A stretch of DNA of 64,000 bases from Bugula neritina (taxonomy: Eukaryota; Animalia; Bryozoa). Positions 28,801 through 41,497 of the stretch are shown here, piece by piece; position 1 is the first letter of the stretch, and each line of letters opens with the position of its first letter. The DNA is taken from the NCBI GenBank assembly GCA_964035545.1, contig OZ037772.1, positions 3,377,538-3,441,537 on the forward strand, given 5' to 3'. The notes under the pieces were generated by a model that saw only the letters and a list, made by a program, of their open reading frames with translations, searched no databases and was not told where the DNA came from. A program made the position numbers and the translations under genes.

Positions 28801-31800
28801 AGTATGATACTGCTATTCTAGTAAACTGAATGGTGAAAACGTGACTAGGGAAAGAGACAGCACGTCACAAGACCGCTGTATACAGGTGTCCTTGCCGAAG
28901 TGACTCCCCTCTCAACTACCGCATAGCATATAAACCCACAAATTACTCTACACCACCATCTTCTGTCCTACAATCTCAGTCTAACCAACCAATGGTAAGT
29001 CATAACCAACTTCTGTCGGTCACTCATTCAACATGGTGCATTCTGATTGCATCAATTATACATCTGTTGAGTACTACTGCATGCTGTAGAACGGTCCTGA
29101 CCTGCAAGGAGCGGATGGTGGTGAGGAGTTTCTGATTGACGATTCAGATGAAGATATGTCCCTGGACCCCCCTGACTCCGTCTGCAGAATACTCAAAGAG
29201 CTGTCCAATCATGACGAGAGGTTAGTCTTTCATCAAATAGTTGCTTTCGGCTATCGCTTGTTAAATAAATAAACGCTGCTGACATAATGAACAGTTTTAA
29301 AATAGTGCAGACTAACTTATCCCGATGTATACATGTATGGTTTGCTATATAGTCAGTGTCAAATGTGTATGTATAGACATAAGTAAAGATACTCTTTTAG
29401 ATCTACAGCAAAATTCATGTTTTAGCTGTACAGTTTGTGCCACTACGGATAGCAGAGGAAGGCAAAATCAAACGCACGTCACTCGGTTCTGCAGTGCCAT
29501 ATGTTATCATTACTGTTTAGAACAGGCCATCAGTTCTTCACAAAAAACATGTTTGAAACTAAACTATAAAGATCTGCTGAGAATAAGTGCCTGTTACTTG
29601 CACTCTAGTAAACAGCAAATCTAATGGATGTATATTTTATCTAAAATCGTGTGTTTTGAACTGCCCCTAGCACATTTATAACCAAAGAGTTTTGGTAACA
29701 ACATTTTTATTTTAGTCATTTTTATATGATAGTTTTCATACTTAGCTCAATAATTGAATTTACTTTAGTTGTCTAAATAATATAACGGAGTCATCAGAAA
29801 AAGGCAAAATAAATGTCATTTTCAATATTAAAAGTATATTTCACCTCCCACATTTAACATCACACATTTATAGAGTTGGCAATTAAATGACCAAGTCTTT
29901 GGTATGAATAAACTGGACAGTATTTGGCTAATGACTATACACTGTACCATCATTGTTGACTCTGTGGTTGGCACCACATTTCCCTGACTATTCTATCTTT
30001 TGTAGCTGAAACTTCTCAATCTATATATTAAAAGAGCAGAAGAAAAGCCTGCAGAGCTTCACCACGACACAATCACAAAGAACTAAATTACTTAAGAATT
30101 ACTTCCCTATATTTACAAGAATTAGATGTCGAGAGCCAGCTATGCCTCAGTTGACAACAAGATGGGAGACGCCCACGGTTCTACCGTCAACGCTAAGGGT
30201 GCAATGAAAAATATGAAGAAACATCTCTTCAACATGTAGGCATTACATCACCAGTCAGAGCAAATGTCAAGGTTAAACTCTGTTTCCTGTTGATGGACTT
30301 CCTTCTTGAATATCAGCTGTACCTTTATCTTGTATAGATATTTTAATTATATTCTCCTTGTATGATTAGGAAAATAGTTTGGATACAAATGTCACAATTT
30401 ACTTTTTATTGTTTATGTGCTTTTGAAAATCATGTTTGGTAATTCTTTCATGTTGCTGTGATTAATTGTTTAATAATAATAGATAATGATTATTCAATAA
30501 TTACTTCTTCTGAAATTCCCTTAGGGTGTTGCATGTTGTCCATTTTAAAGAGGAAAGTAAAGCATTGCCTATATAAACAAACAAATGAAGCAGCCTTGGT
30601 TTAGGGTAAACACAATGTCAATGATTTGAATCTTTGGTAAACAATAAGACATTTTCATAATGACCATAGAAAGCCCCATTAAATTGTTCATCACTAAACA
30701 ATAGTTGTATATACTTCAAGTGGTTCATCTCATGATCCTAGTTTAGCATCCAAAAAGAAAGCTCATGATAAGTAGTTTATGAGAGTGCAAGGGAATAGAA
30801 TAGATATGAGGAACACAATTAGAGTAGAAAAACAAAACAAAAACAATAACGATAATTAGTAGTGAATTAACAAACAGCCATTTTGATTGGAGAGAGGACT
30901 GAGAAAACTGCATAACTCTGTTTAGAGTTGTCTTCTTAATTTTGAGCTCATGGCATGTGTATGTGCTACCTAGCAGCAGTACTATAATATAAACAAGAAA
31001 CAATCTCCGTTATATGCCCATCATTGACATCTTTGATGCATCTATTGATTCTATTATCAGGTATTAGCGGTTAAATTAGTTTTTTCAACTTTTTCTAGAA
31101 TAGTTAGCTCAGCTAACAGACTGGTTTTATAAATTACACTTTGAAATGTGTTTTTTTTTGTAATTCTGTCCTACAGTGGCAAATTCTCAGGCCTACCTTT
31201 AACAGTCAGCTGTTGGAGCAGCAAAGTATTTTGGGTTGAATAGTGTATATTAATAACTTTCCTTTTAATGACTGACAGTCTAGTAGCAATACAAATAATA
31301 CTTTTACAAAACTTTTCATCTTTACCAACAATGCAGCTAAATGCTGAAAAGTTTTGTAATTATTTGATTTATCTCGTTGCATATGACATGCTATTCATGC
31401 CAATGCCTAATAGTGACTATGTATCTGTGTATGTATATAGAACACAGTATATTATATGGCTCTGCTGAGTCAACAACCATTAATTCTATACAAATTCAAA
31501 CCCAGAATATTGAGGTGTGTCTATTTATTCTAGTTGTATGTAGTTGTATTTATGAACTTTGCATGTACCACATTAAAATTTATTTTATTTAAGAAAATTC
31601 AACATTTGTTATGCAAATTTTGCCAGCAAATGACTAAAGAAATTATTTGATTTTTGAAAATTTAGTAAGAAAAGTAACTCCTAAATAAAGTGACTGGCCC
31701 ATGCTATGTCCTATTGATTTTAATATTGAACACATGATGTAATTATGTAATATTTAGCATGTAAACTATCATCTCTGGTTTGTAAACAGGCACAATGTGG

Positions 31801-32049
31801 TCTTCAGTCTCTACTGATGTTTTATTGGTAAAACTGTCGTGAAAACTACAATTAGTGAAATTTTAAATATGCCATAATGAATGAAAATGTTGGATAAAAT
31901 TGTCAGATCAGAAAATGCATAGTATTTTGTGTTTTTGCAGAGTAGATACTGCACAATAATGTAATACATTTACAGAGAATAATATGCTGGTAGTGATTAT
32001 AGTTTAGTCAACAATTTGAGTAGCCTATGTATGGTAAATACGTTACCAA

Positions 32050-33835
32050 GTAAATGTAACCTGATATAGTGGTGGTAAACTATAATATAGTTCCCATAAA
32101 GTCAGTTCTTGGAAAATATGCTATTCTTGAAACATTAAATTATTATAGATGTATAGGGCTTTCTTCCCTTTTTATATGCTTAACTCTTACTCCTGTATTT
32201 CACAAGTTATATCTTTAAGATATTCCAACTTGCTGAATTATGGTTGCCGTTGGTGCTGAGGCTTGCCTGCTTCCTTGAAACTTTCAGTGAGATGACTGCT
32301 GTGACAGGTTGACGTAACTATAAATTATTGTGTCTGTTCCGTCACGGTATGTAGACTACACTGTATATCTACAAAATTCAAGGAAGAATGTGAAATACAT
32401 ATTCTGAAAGCAATGGACTTGAAACTTGAGTACAGCTAAAATTGAAATATGCAAATGAGCTAAGTGTCATGATACTACATGGAAATTGCTTTAAACATTA
32501 ATATACTAAACGTATGATTTACAGTGCTTTGAATAATGCAAATATAATATGTTTAGTAATATGGTATTATTCAAGTTATTGTGGTATAGCGATGGTTTTA
32601 CTTACATGTTTTGTTCACGTGTTGGGATTTGTAATTTTAACCTCATCTTACATGAACATTAATTGGTAAACAAATATGAATAAAACTAGGAGTATATGAT
32701 TATTCAATCATATTAACATATAGATGACATTTACGTTCATTATATACTTGATGAATTATACAGATTTGATATAACCTGGTGTTTACTTCACTTATAAAAC
32801 CTCATAACTACAAAGTCAACACGTGAACAACTAATACATATTATTATATTTTCTTGCTATATAAAACATATATTTCAGGCTATGAGTTATGGTAGAATTA
32901 ATGCTGGTATAACTTATTAGTCTTAGAGATCCTGATATGGTCAATACCGGGATGGTGTCACCAACAATTCCTCACATAGCAGTTAGCACATTGCTTGACT
33001 TGAACCTGCGAACCAACCAGCAACTAACTTGGTTAGACTCATCGCCCGTACCTCAGAAATCCAAAACAACCTGAATATAAAAGGCAGCAAAGAAGCAGCA
33101 ACAGCATTATCGATGATAAGAGGAGCAATCAACAATCAGAAGAGCCGCTAATAATCGAAAGAGTCATAGTATATTTAGTTTTGAGGGAAATAATTTAGAA
33201 ACTCAAATATTTAAATGAATTTAATCCAACCAATTTCGGACTGAGAAGTTTCATTGTTAGTAACTTGATATATATTTTTTGTGATGTACTAATTTTTATT
33301 ATTGTTTGTTTTATTACTGTATAACTTATACTTGGAGAAGCCATCATTGAATTGAAAATTTACTTTGAAGTCGCAAAAATTACACTTGAAGGAATATTGT
33401 TGACATTGGGAATTTATTGAGTTACATAGGTTGTTTGAGGAAACTGTCTTGAAATTGTTTGACCTTTTAAGTTACACCAAATTTATGTTTAAAAGGCTTA
33501 TCAATTTTTGTTGCCAGTATATTATACGCAGCGGGATTTCAAAGGGTCACTAGGATATACATATATGTGTTTATTTTATTTCTTTTGGGTTTGGCTATTA
33601 TAATAACTTTTCTTGTCTTATAATTTTGTTTCCATGTTATTATCAAATAGATATTTTAAAACGCATGCAAAATCCATAGTTTTATTCATTTCCGGAGAGA
33701 CAGGTCCTAAATTTGTCTCACGAAATTTATAACCTGAGTGCTACCATTACACAACACACATAGAACCACACATATTGTTTATACATAAATAATATTGCCA
33801 AACCATTAATAAACATTTGTCGAGCGGAGATAACT
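32050..33835 (+). repeat. Diverged copy, in inverted orientation, of ~38781-40810
   Basis: Ordered blocks match the reverse complement of 38.8-40.8 kb: acaagttatatct..cacggtatgtagacta (32.2-32.36k), tcacgtgttg..atttgtaat (32.6k), gggatttcaaagggtcactaggata (33.55k), aatttgtctcac..aacctgagtgcta (33.72k), tcgagcggagataact (33.82k). Confidence 0.75.
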
Positions 33836-36800
33836 TTTATATTTTTATTCTACAGTTATTGGATTGCAGACACTAATTTCAAAGCAAAATCATTCAAGTA
33901 ATATCTGATTGTTAATTGTCTCCCCTTGAATCAATCATCAAGCGAAAATTTATTTTCATTCAAGTAATAAATAAATATATACACATATTTCAATAAGTTT
34001 ATAAACTATAACTATTAAAAATTATTAAAATTATATATATAAAATAATTTTATTTTATTTTTGTTCGACAAAACTTTTATCAGTGATAATTTGACACTAA
34101 CTAATAAGCTTCAAGTAAAGAGCAAGTATTGCTATAAAAATCAGTATACACCATCTAAATTATTAAAATTGATACTAAAAAGAATAATACAAATGCCATA
34201 AATGAATGTCAAAAATACTACAATAACAATAATTACCTTGTTGAACCATCCAGGAATGGAGCTTATAACTTTGATGTTAATGTAGTAGGTATTTATTCTC
34301 TACTTTGACAATACTGATTTAAATGCAACAAAAAATTTAACAAAGAAGTTACTCAGCAGTTTATGCTACATGTTAGCTGACTAAAAGTGTAGCATAGAAT
34401 GAGAGCTGAGAGTAAAATATACCTCAATGAATGAATCATTTCAGGAAGCTGATGGTGTAAAAAACTATTTATATAACTTAGTCATAGTGAAATCATACAC
34501 ATGAGGAAATCATGTTGACTTTCGAGTGCAAGTTTGTCATAGCCATAAAAGCAAAACAGCTACATATACGTGACTAATGCAATGGTTTTCTAATTATAGG
34601 CACGTTGGGAAATTTTGTTTGTTTTGATGAGAGCAAGAAATTTCACTGGCATTCCGATTAATTACATAGCATATTATAGGACTAGGCAGATGTATATGCT
34701 GTAGAATGATTTTTGGACCTTTCAATCAGCATATGAAAAACTGTAGTCAAAAAACAAGTGATCATAAAAATTTATTTTATATGAATAAAAAGTGACTAAA
34801 ATTCAAACAATTATTTTGAAATAATATACTTGCATAGACTTGCGTGCTATACTAATTACAAATATAAGCTAAATAACAAAAGAAAATTATATATATACTA
34901 ACAGTTTATGAAGTAGAATTTGTGACAACGATTTATAAAACGAAATAGTATAAGTTCGACAATTTTGCAGCACCTTGAAACACAAAGTGTAAAGATGCAT
35001 GCGTCAGTATACAGAGTTTGTTGATGTAAAGGTGTTATATCAAAGTTTTGCTATACACGGGCTGACAGTCAAGCAGCCACCTACAAATAATTATATATAT
35101 GTGACCTAACACTACAGAACCAGGCTATCTAGGTAAAAATTACAGATTGATAATAACTATAAAATTATATATATATAAGTGTTAAAATATCATTGAAAAA
35201 ACTTGGTAAAACTTCTGTTTGACAAATATGATTCAATTTTTGATGAATGCTTTCGAAAATATTTTTAGAAAGTTTAGATTATTAATTATTAATAACATGA
35301 ACAGTAACGCTTTTAACCTCTTCAAAAAAATCGCAAGAGAGGCAATTGCTAATACACAAAAAGAAAACAAGAATAATGTTGCTGAAAAATAAGTTTATAC
35401 AACAGTGTTTAAATTAGGCCATAATAAAGTATAATAGTATGAGAGGTAATAATGGCACAGTTAATAATATAATGCCACAGGAAATAATGGCACATGCAGG
35501 TGGTAATATGAGGACACAGGTGATAATGTCACGGGTAAGAAGGGCACACAGCGAAAAGTAGGAAAACATGGCACACTTATGTTCAATTTTTCCAAACACC
35601 CATTCTCACCCTTATACCCTAATACTGAAAATGTGCCATTCTTACCTATTTTTCCACTTGTGCCATAATTACCTGTATGTGCCATTTTAACCATAGACAC
35701 CACCCACAATGCATCAATTAGAAAAGATTTCAAATAACCCTTCATTGCTGAATTATTATGAACCAACTCAATACAATCCTCCTGTAATTCTCCTGGAATC
35801 CTTTTGACAAAGCGTTGGAATTTGTCACATGTCAAGTTAAGAATCTAGCTTTTTCTCTTTGAGAGGTAGCTCAGAAAAATATCGTTAAAGCTCTATTGTG
35901 CTCTAGTATGCAATTTTTACTTATGACATTTTTATTTATTATCGGAACTTGTTCTCCTATAAAAGTTTATTGAGTGTGTGGAAAAACACCACAATTTAGA
36001 AAAAGGCGCCACCACTTTAGTGTAACTTTAGAAACACTGACGCTGCTATATGAAAAGCAATGATATATGATGATTGCACTCCTGTATGTTTAGGCTCAGA
36101 TTATTTAGAGTAGCAAATATATTTACAAGGTATATGTAGTATACAGTTTATAGAGATTGACTTGCATGGCTGCTAAAAGTTGGCCTGTTAGTTCAAGCAG
36201 CAAATTTTTTGACCTCTATTTGAAAGTAGCACAGAAAGCAGTTAGGGTAGAGTAATTAATAAACACATCCATGTCAAAGTAAACTGATATTGCAGAATAT
36301 AGTTTGGCTAAATAAGGGAGCTAAGATAAAGGTTTACAGAAATATACACATATAAATGTAACTTGCAAGAACCCAAAAAGCCTTCATCAAACCTTGTGAA
36401 TTTTTCAAATTTCAAATTCTCCCCTAAAATGTCGAATATTTCCCCTAAGAGAAATCTCCTCCCAGGTTGGGAAACTCTGAGCAAGACATGTAAACATGAA
36501 TATTACCAAGTGCATGCATTGCTAGTTACTAGACTGTTGGGTTACAACTTACAATATTTGTAAGCTGAAGAGCTATTAATAGAGATGATGATAATGCAGT
36601 ATAAATTAGTCAGTCTATTATCATGAGTTAGTCACTGCTAATATTATGCTATGCAATGGCTAACAGTCACATAGCAACTTACAAATAATTCTACTATTTA
36701 TTATGATTATTATGACATCTATGATGAGGAAATAAAATGTGCCTTTACATACACATCATATTTTGTGTAAACAAGTGTTTAAATACAGTTGAACATTTGG

Positions 36801-38019
36801 TGTTCGAAATTTGTTTTTTTTTGTTTCAAATGTTAATAAAATACAAATCAAAAAATTTTTTTCAATAAATAATAGTAAATTATGCTGAAGAACTAATGTG
36901 GACTTGTAGAATAAGTTCGCAAGAGAAGTAACTCCTGGTTAACATGATTAAACAGTCACAATAATATTCCTGAAAGATTCCTAGAGCCTAAAGTTCATAC
37001 ACTATTGTGATGCAGTAAGTATTCTATAGAGTTGGTATTGATATTGCAGTACAATTAGGTCATGAGCTTTCACCAGGCATTAAGTTTTTACCTCCACTGA
37101 TGGAGTAATCTTAGGGCTGCTACAGTTTATCGAATAATTGCAAACTATTTTGTATATACAATGCAGATTTCTTATAGAAAAGTGTCCAATTTTTGTTGAA
37201 GAAATTACTAAGACTTTTTTTTGAAATAAATGCTATATAATATGTTTAAAAATAAGATTTTAAAATTATTGTATCAGCTTTTATTCATAGTAAAAGAATT
37301 AAATGTATATATCTGTATATAACTGTATATCGCTGTTGATATTTATAAAAGAAGCGAGAGATGCAACTCCCAATAAATATTGAATCGAGAAATAATATTG
37401 AATAATAAGGTCTATAAGCTAAAGATCATACAGCACTGTCAGCTTGTAATAAATAATATAGTATAAGATTACTCAAATGAAAATACTATAAAGCTACATT
37501 TACATACAAAACATATTTGTGTAAGAAAGTATTTGAATTACAGTTGAAAAAACTACTCAGTGTTAAAACAACATTTTATTGTAATTAAAGCTTTATTGTA
37601 ACATATATACAAAAACTTGTTGTTAGTTACTAAAAAATTACGCTGAAAAAATAATAAAGGAAGTTAGCAGGGGAAGTAACTCCTAATAAACATAAATTTA
37701 CCAAAAAAAGCAATTTGATTGAAAATTTTAGTTTGACATTCACACAACACACCACAGCAGTAAGTAATACTCATTGCTGTATAATCAGATAATTTACTTC
37801 TGTTACAACTAAAATTTAAATTATGTTACACAATGCTGGTGCCAATTGAGCAATGTTATACAATTTCATGATATCAACGGCACCAGTGAAGTAGTCGTAT
37901 CCAAATAAAACATGATAGACACTTTTCACATGTGCCTTTAGGACATTAGCGTTCTTCAGTGTCCAGTTACTCAATATATACAATGCATATATTTTTGTAG
38001 AAAGGTGTCAAATAGTTTT

Positions 38020-38560
38020 TGAAGCCCTCAACAATATTCTGTGAGGATAGGGTTGTGGGGGACACGGTAAACATATCGGGACAGTCCAACTGCCTCTGCG
38101 TCAAAGTTCCTCCTTCTAGACTCAGTGAAGACTTGGCCAACCTTCTAGCAAGTTCCAACTGCTCAGACGTCACTCTGACCATCGGACCGCGAAAGTTCAA
38201 AGTTCACAAGTCCATCCTCTCCGTCAGGTCTCTTGTCTTCAATGCTATGTTTGAGCATGAGATGGAGAACAAACAGAATTTAGAATTTAGACAAGATGGT
38301 GGCTGACCTTCTCTCGGCAGCAGATAAGTACGCACTAGAGAAGAGTCCCTGTTTGGTAACCTCTCCATAGACAACGTGTGTGAGGTACCGTGGTTCTAGC
38401 AGACCTCCACTCGGCTGAACAACTCAAAACACATGCTCTGGACTTTGTCAACAGCCACGTCAGAGGCGTCATGGAAACCTGCCATGAAAAATGTGAAAAA
38501 ACGTACCCTCAACATGTAGACCTTGCATTGCCAATCTGAGTTAATGTCAAAGTTTAGCTC
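38020..38560 (+). pseudogene. SPOP: SPOP/roadkill-like MATH-BTB pseudogene fragment with internal deletions
   Basis: IFCE..VVGDTVNISGQ..VKVPPSRLSEDL..FKVHKSILSVRSLVFNAMFEHEME, then in shifted frames [34 protein letters not shown] and [20 protein letters not shown], collinear with SPOP. Confidence 0.85.
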
Positions 38561-38602
38561 TATTTCCTGATGATGGACTTCCTTCTTGAATATCAATTGT
38601 AC

Positions 38603-38710
38603 TGCTATCACAAACACTAGTTACAGTAGTATAATAAGATCAAATGGCTGGAATTATTGAAAACAAGCTGACGAGAAAAATTACAGCACTTGGAAGTTTA
38701 AATTCAAGTA
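38603..38710 (+). mobile_element. Copia 5' leader and gag-start fragment, truncated at the solo Maverick terminus
   Basis: Near-identical to ~59292-59399 (aacactagttacagtagtata...atggctggaattattgaaaacaagctga). Confidence 0.8.
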
Positions 38711-38775
38711 GGTAGTATAATAAGCGCCTCTACGGCTATGGAAGTAAGCATCTCGCAGCAACAAACTTGTCAAAA
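38711..38775 (+). mobile_element. Solo Maverick terminal fragment
   Basis: gtagtataataagcgcctctacggctatggaagtaagcatctcg (38712-38755) is identical to 41118-41161; the next ~20 bp are diverged but alignable. Confidence 0.85.
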
Positions 38776-39149
38776 GTAGGAGTTATCTCCGCTCGATGAA
38801 TGTTTACTTATGGTTTGGATTGGCAATGTTATTACTGCATAAACAATATAATATGGGTTCTATGTGTATTGCGTAACGGTTAGCACTCAGGTTACTATTC
38901 TGTGAGACAAATTTGGGATTTGCTCCCCCAAAAGAATTGAAACTATAATATATATGTTGTGTATAATATGTATATCTATTTGATGATAATATTGAAGCAA
39001 GCAAAATTACAATAACAAAATATTACAAGACATTAACCAAACCAAAACAAAGATTATCCTAGCGATCCTTTGAAATCTTGCTGTGTAATACTAGCAAACA
39101 TAAATTGATAAGTCTGACAATCAAGATAGATAAGTTATACAAATTAAAT

Positions 39150-39480
39150 ACATAAGAGAATTTTTGTAGCCTTAAAATAAATTCTCCAATTCAAATATTT
39201 CTCAAATATAAAATTGTGCAGCTTCAGAAATCCAAATATTTTCTCCAATATAATTTGTGCAGACTAGAAACAAATTTCTCAATTCAAATATTATAAATTT
39301 GTGCAGCTTTAAAATAGAATTTCTAATTCAAATATTTTCTTCAAATAAATTTATGCTGTTTCTAAATCAATAAATCAAATCAACAATTTTTCTTCAAATA
39401 ATTTATGCCGCTTAAAAATTAATAGATCAATTCAAACAAAATTTCCTCAAACAAGTTTTTGCTGCTTTTAAAGAAAACTA
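39150..39480. repeat. Degenerate ~45-55-bp tandem repeat (TTCAAATATTTTCT..AAATTTGTGCAGCTT)
   Basis: About 6 imperfect copies. Confidence 0.6.
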
Positions 39481-40280
39481 ATACACTTGTTAGTCCAAAT
39501 AACAAAAGAGGTTAAAAATATCCTTAACATAAAATTGCAATATTACTTACTGCAGCCAGTCTATATTATCATTATTTGTATCAATTGGTCAGTTTTCTAG
39601 ACGTCCCCCCTAATATAATTATTACTGCTGCTATATCTTCTATGCTCCAATCGTCTTTAGCTGATTTTATCTTCTTGTATATCTATCTTCATTCGTCATT
39701 TATCATTCATCCTTTTTCTATTTTCAGAAATTCAGCTCCTTTTGTACCAAATCTTTTTGGCAATGGTTCAGATTTTAAGGATACCGACAATAACTGGCCA
39801 ATGAAAACCAGCGGCAGACTGACGTAGAACTCGGTTAGGTATGTTGGCAGCCAAGATAGGGATTGACGTAAGAAGGATCTGTTGTTATTGGCTCATCTTT
39901 GTATATTGTGGGCTAAATAATCAATAATTGTACAGCAATCCTTAATCTAAAAAATAACTTTAAAACTATAATATGATAAAATGTATCAGTCGATGCTTAC
40001 GTGTTGACCTTTGTAACAGGCTGATCAATGTCAAAAAATTTATTAGGCGTTTGAAACATTATATCATCTACATGTTGGTGTAAACAAATATTTACACATA
40101 TGTGTATCTCTATTTATGAACAGCATCTGCTATATGTTTCAGCTTTTTTATTCATTCCCATTTGTTCATCAATTAGTGTTTTATTTCAAAAGTCAATATT
40201 ACAAATTTCAACACGTGATCATGGCATGTGGTACTATCCTAACACACAATTACTTATCTAAAAGCCACACTACTAAATAA

Positions 40281-40283
<3 letters not shown>

Positions 40284-40350
<67 letters not shown>
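40284..40350. repeat. (TA)n microsatellite
   Basis: Pure run of ~33 TA units. Confidence 0.97.
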
Positions 40351-40353
<3 letters not shown>

Positions 40354-41116
40354 ATAATGCATTAAGCAATTTCTATGCAAGACCGAAATATCTAACTTAC
40401 TCAAAACTTGTACATTTGAACTTTTAACTTCACTCAATTATTGGGCCTCATGCATCATAAAACTTTTGAACGTGTTTTATATTCTTTCTTGAATGTTGTA
40501 GATAAACTATAGTCTACATACCGTGGTGGAGCAGATATAAGAATTTATAATTGCATCAACCCGTTGCAGCAGCCATCTTACTGGAAATCTCAAACAAACC
40601 TCAGCATCGCCAAAGCCATATTTTAGCGAGCTGACAGAATATCTCAGAGATATAACTTGTAAAGTATAGAAGTAAGAATTAAACACAAAGGGCAGTATAT
40701 GTATAATCATGCCTTCCATCAAGGCTATAGCTTTTTTAAAGAATTTTCTGAGAATAATGATACAAATATTAACACTTCAAGCTTAACAACTTATGACATA
40801 ACGGTTACATTGAATATTATTTTCTAGATATCATATTCGTCTGTGTTTTAGTACTGCCAAGGTTATCACTCAGCACTAAATGGACAAAATTGCTTCTTTT
40901 AATTAAGAGACTATGCTGGAGAAAGGCCATTATATATGAATTGAATAAAGAAACTAGTAAATTATTCAGTGTTATAATTAAACTTTGAACGAGCTTTGCT
41001 CTGATTGGTTTTTTCTGACTTATTGTAATATATATCTATATCTAGCCAGGGTTTTGTGCCTACATAGTAATGTACACGTTCTATGATAAGAGTAATTGAA
41101 TGCAAATATAAATGAA

Positions 41117-41296
41117 AGTAGTATAATAAGCGCCTCTACGGCTATGGAAGTAAGCATCTCGTATCGGTCAATTTGTCAACATAGCGTAGACTCTATGGCT
41201 ATGGAAATTAGCATCTCGTTAACTATGTGAGCATTGTAAGCCTTAAAGTTGACAGGTGGTAGCTATTAAATTTAGCTTACAGTGAATACACCTTTT
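41117..41296 (+). repeat. Left TIR (180 bp)
   Basis: Reverse complement of 57047-57252 except two substitutions and a 26-bp deletion; contains an internal 29-bp direct repeat (41134-41162, 41191-41219). Confidence 0.95.
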
Positions 41297-41429
41297 TAAG
41301 CAATTACTGGAAGGTGGATCAATGATTAGTTTAGCTGTATATCCTTGTCACTAACTTTATAAGTAACAAAATTTACTCACTGAGCTGAGAGTTATACAGT
41401 TTGCGAGTCAAAATTTGTGTGTTTTTTGG

Positions 41430-41464
41430 TATAAAACATCACCATTCTGAAATTTACATCATTC
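41430..41464 (+). promoter_or_regulatory. TATA box plus Inr upstream of Maverick ORF1
   Basis: TATAAAA at 41430 and TCATTC (TCAKTY Inr consensus) with its A at 41461, 31 bp downstream. Confidence 0.55.
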
Positions 41465-41497
41465 ATCGTTATATGTTTTGAGCGCAAAGGTTAATCA

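Noticed and set aside
39590-39690. Minus-strand SAKDDWSIEDIAAVIIILG resembling ORF1 NAKNDWSF..IAIIL
   Set aside because: Too short, and I saw no flanking nucleotide similarity; probably chance.
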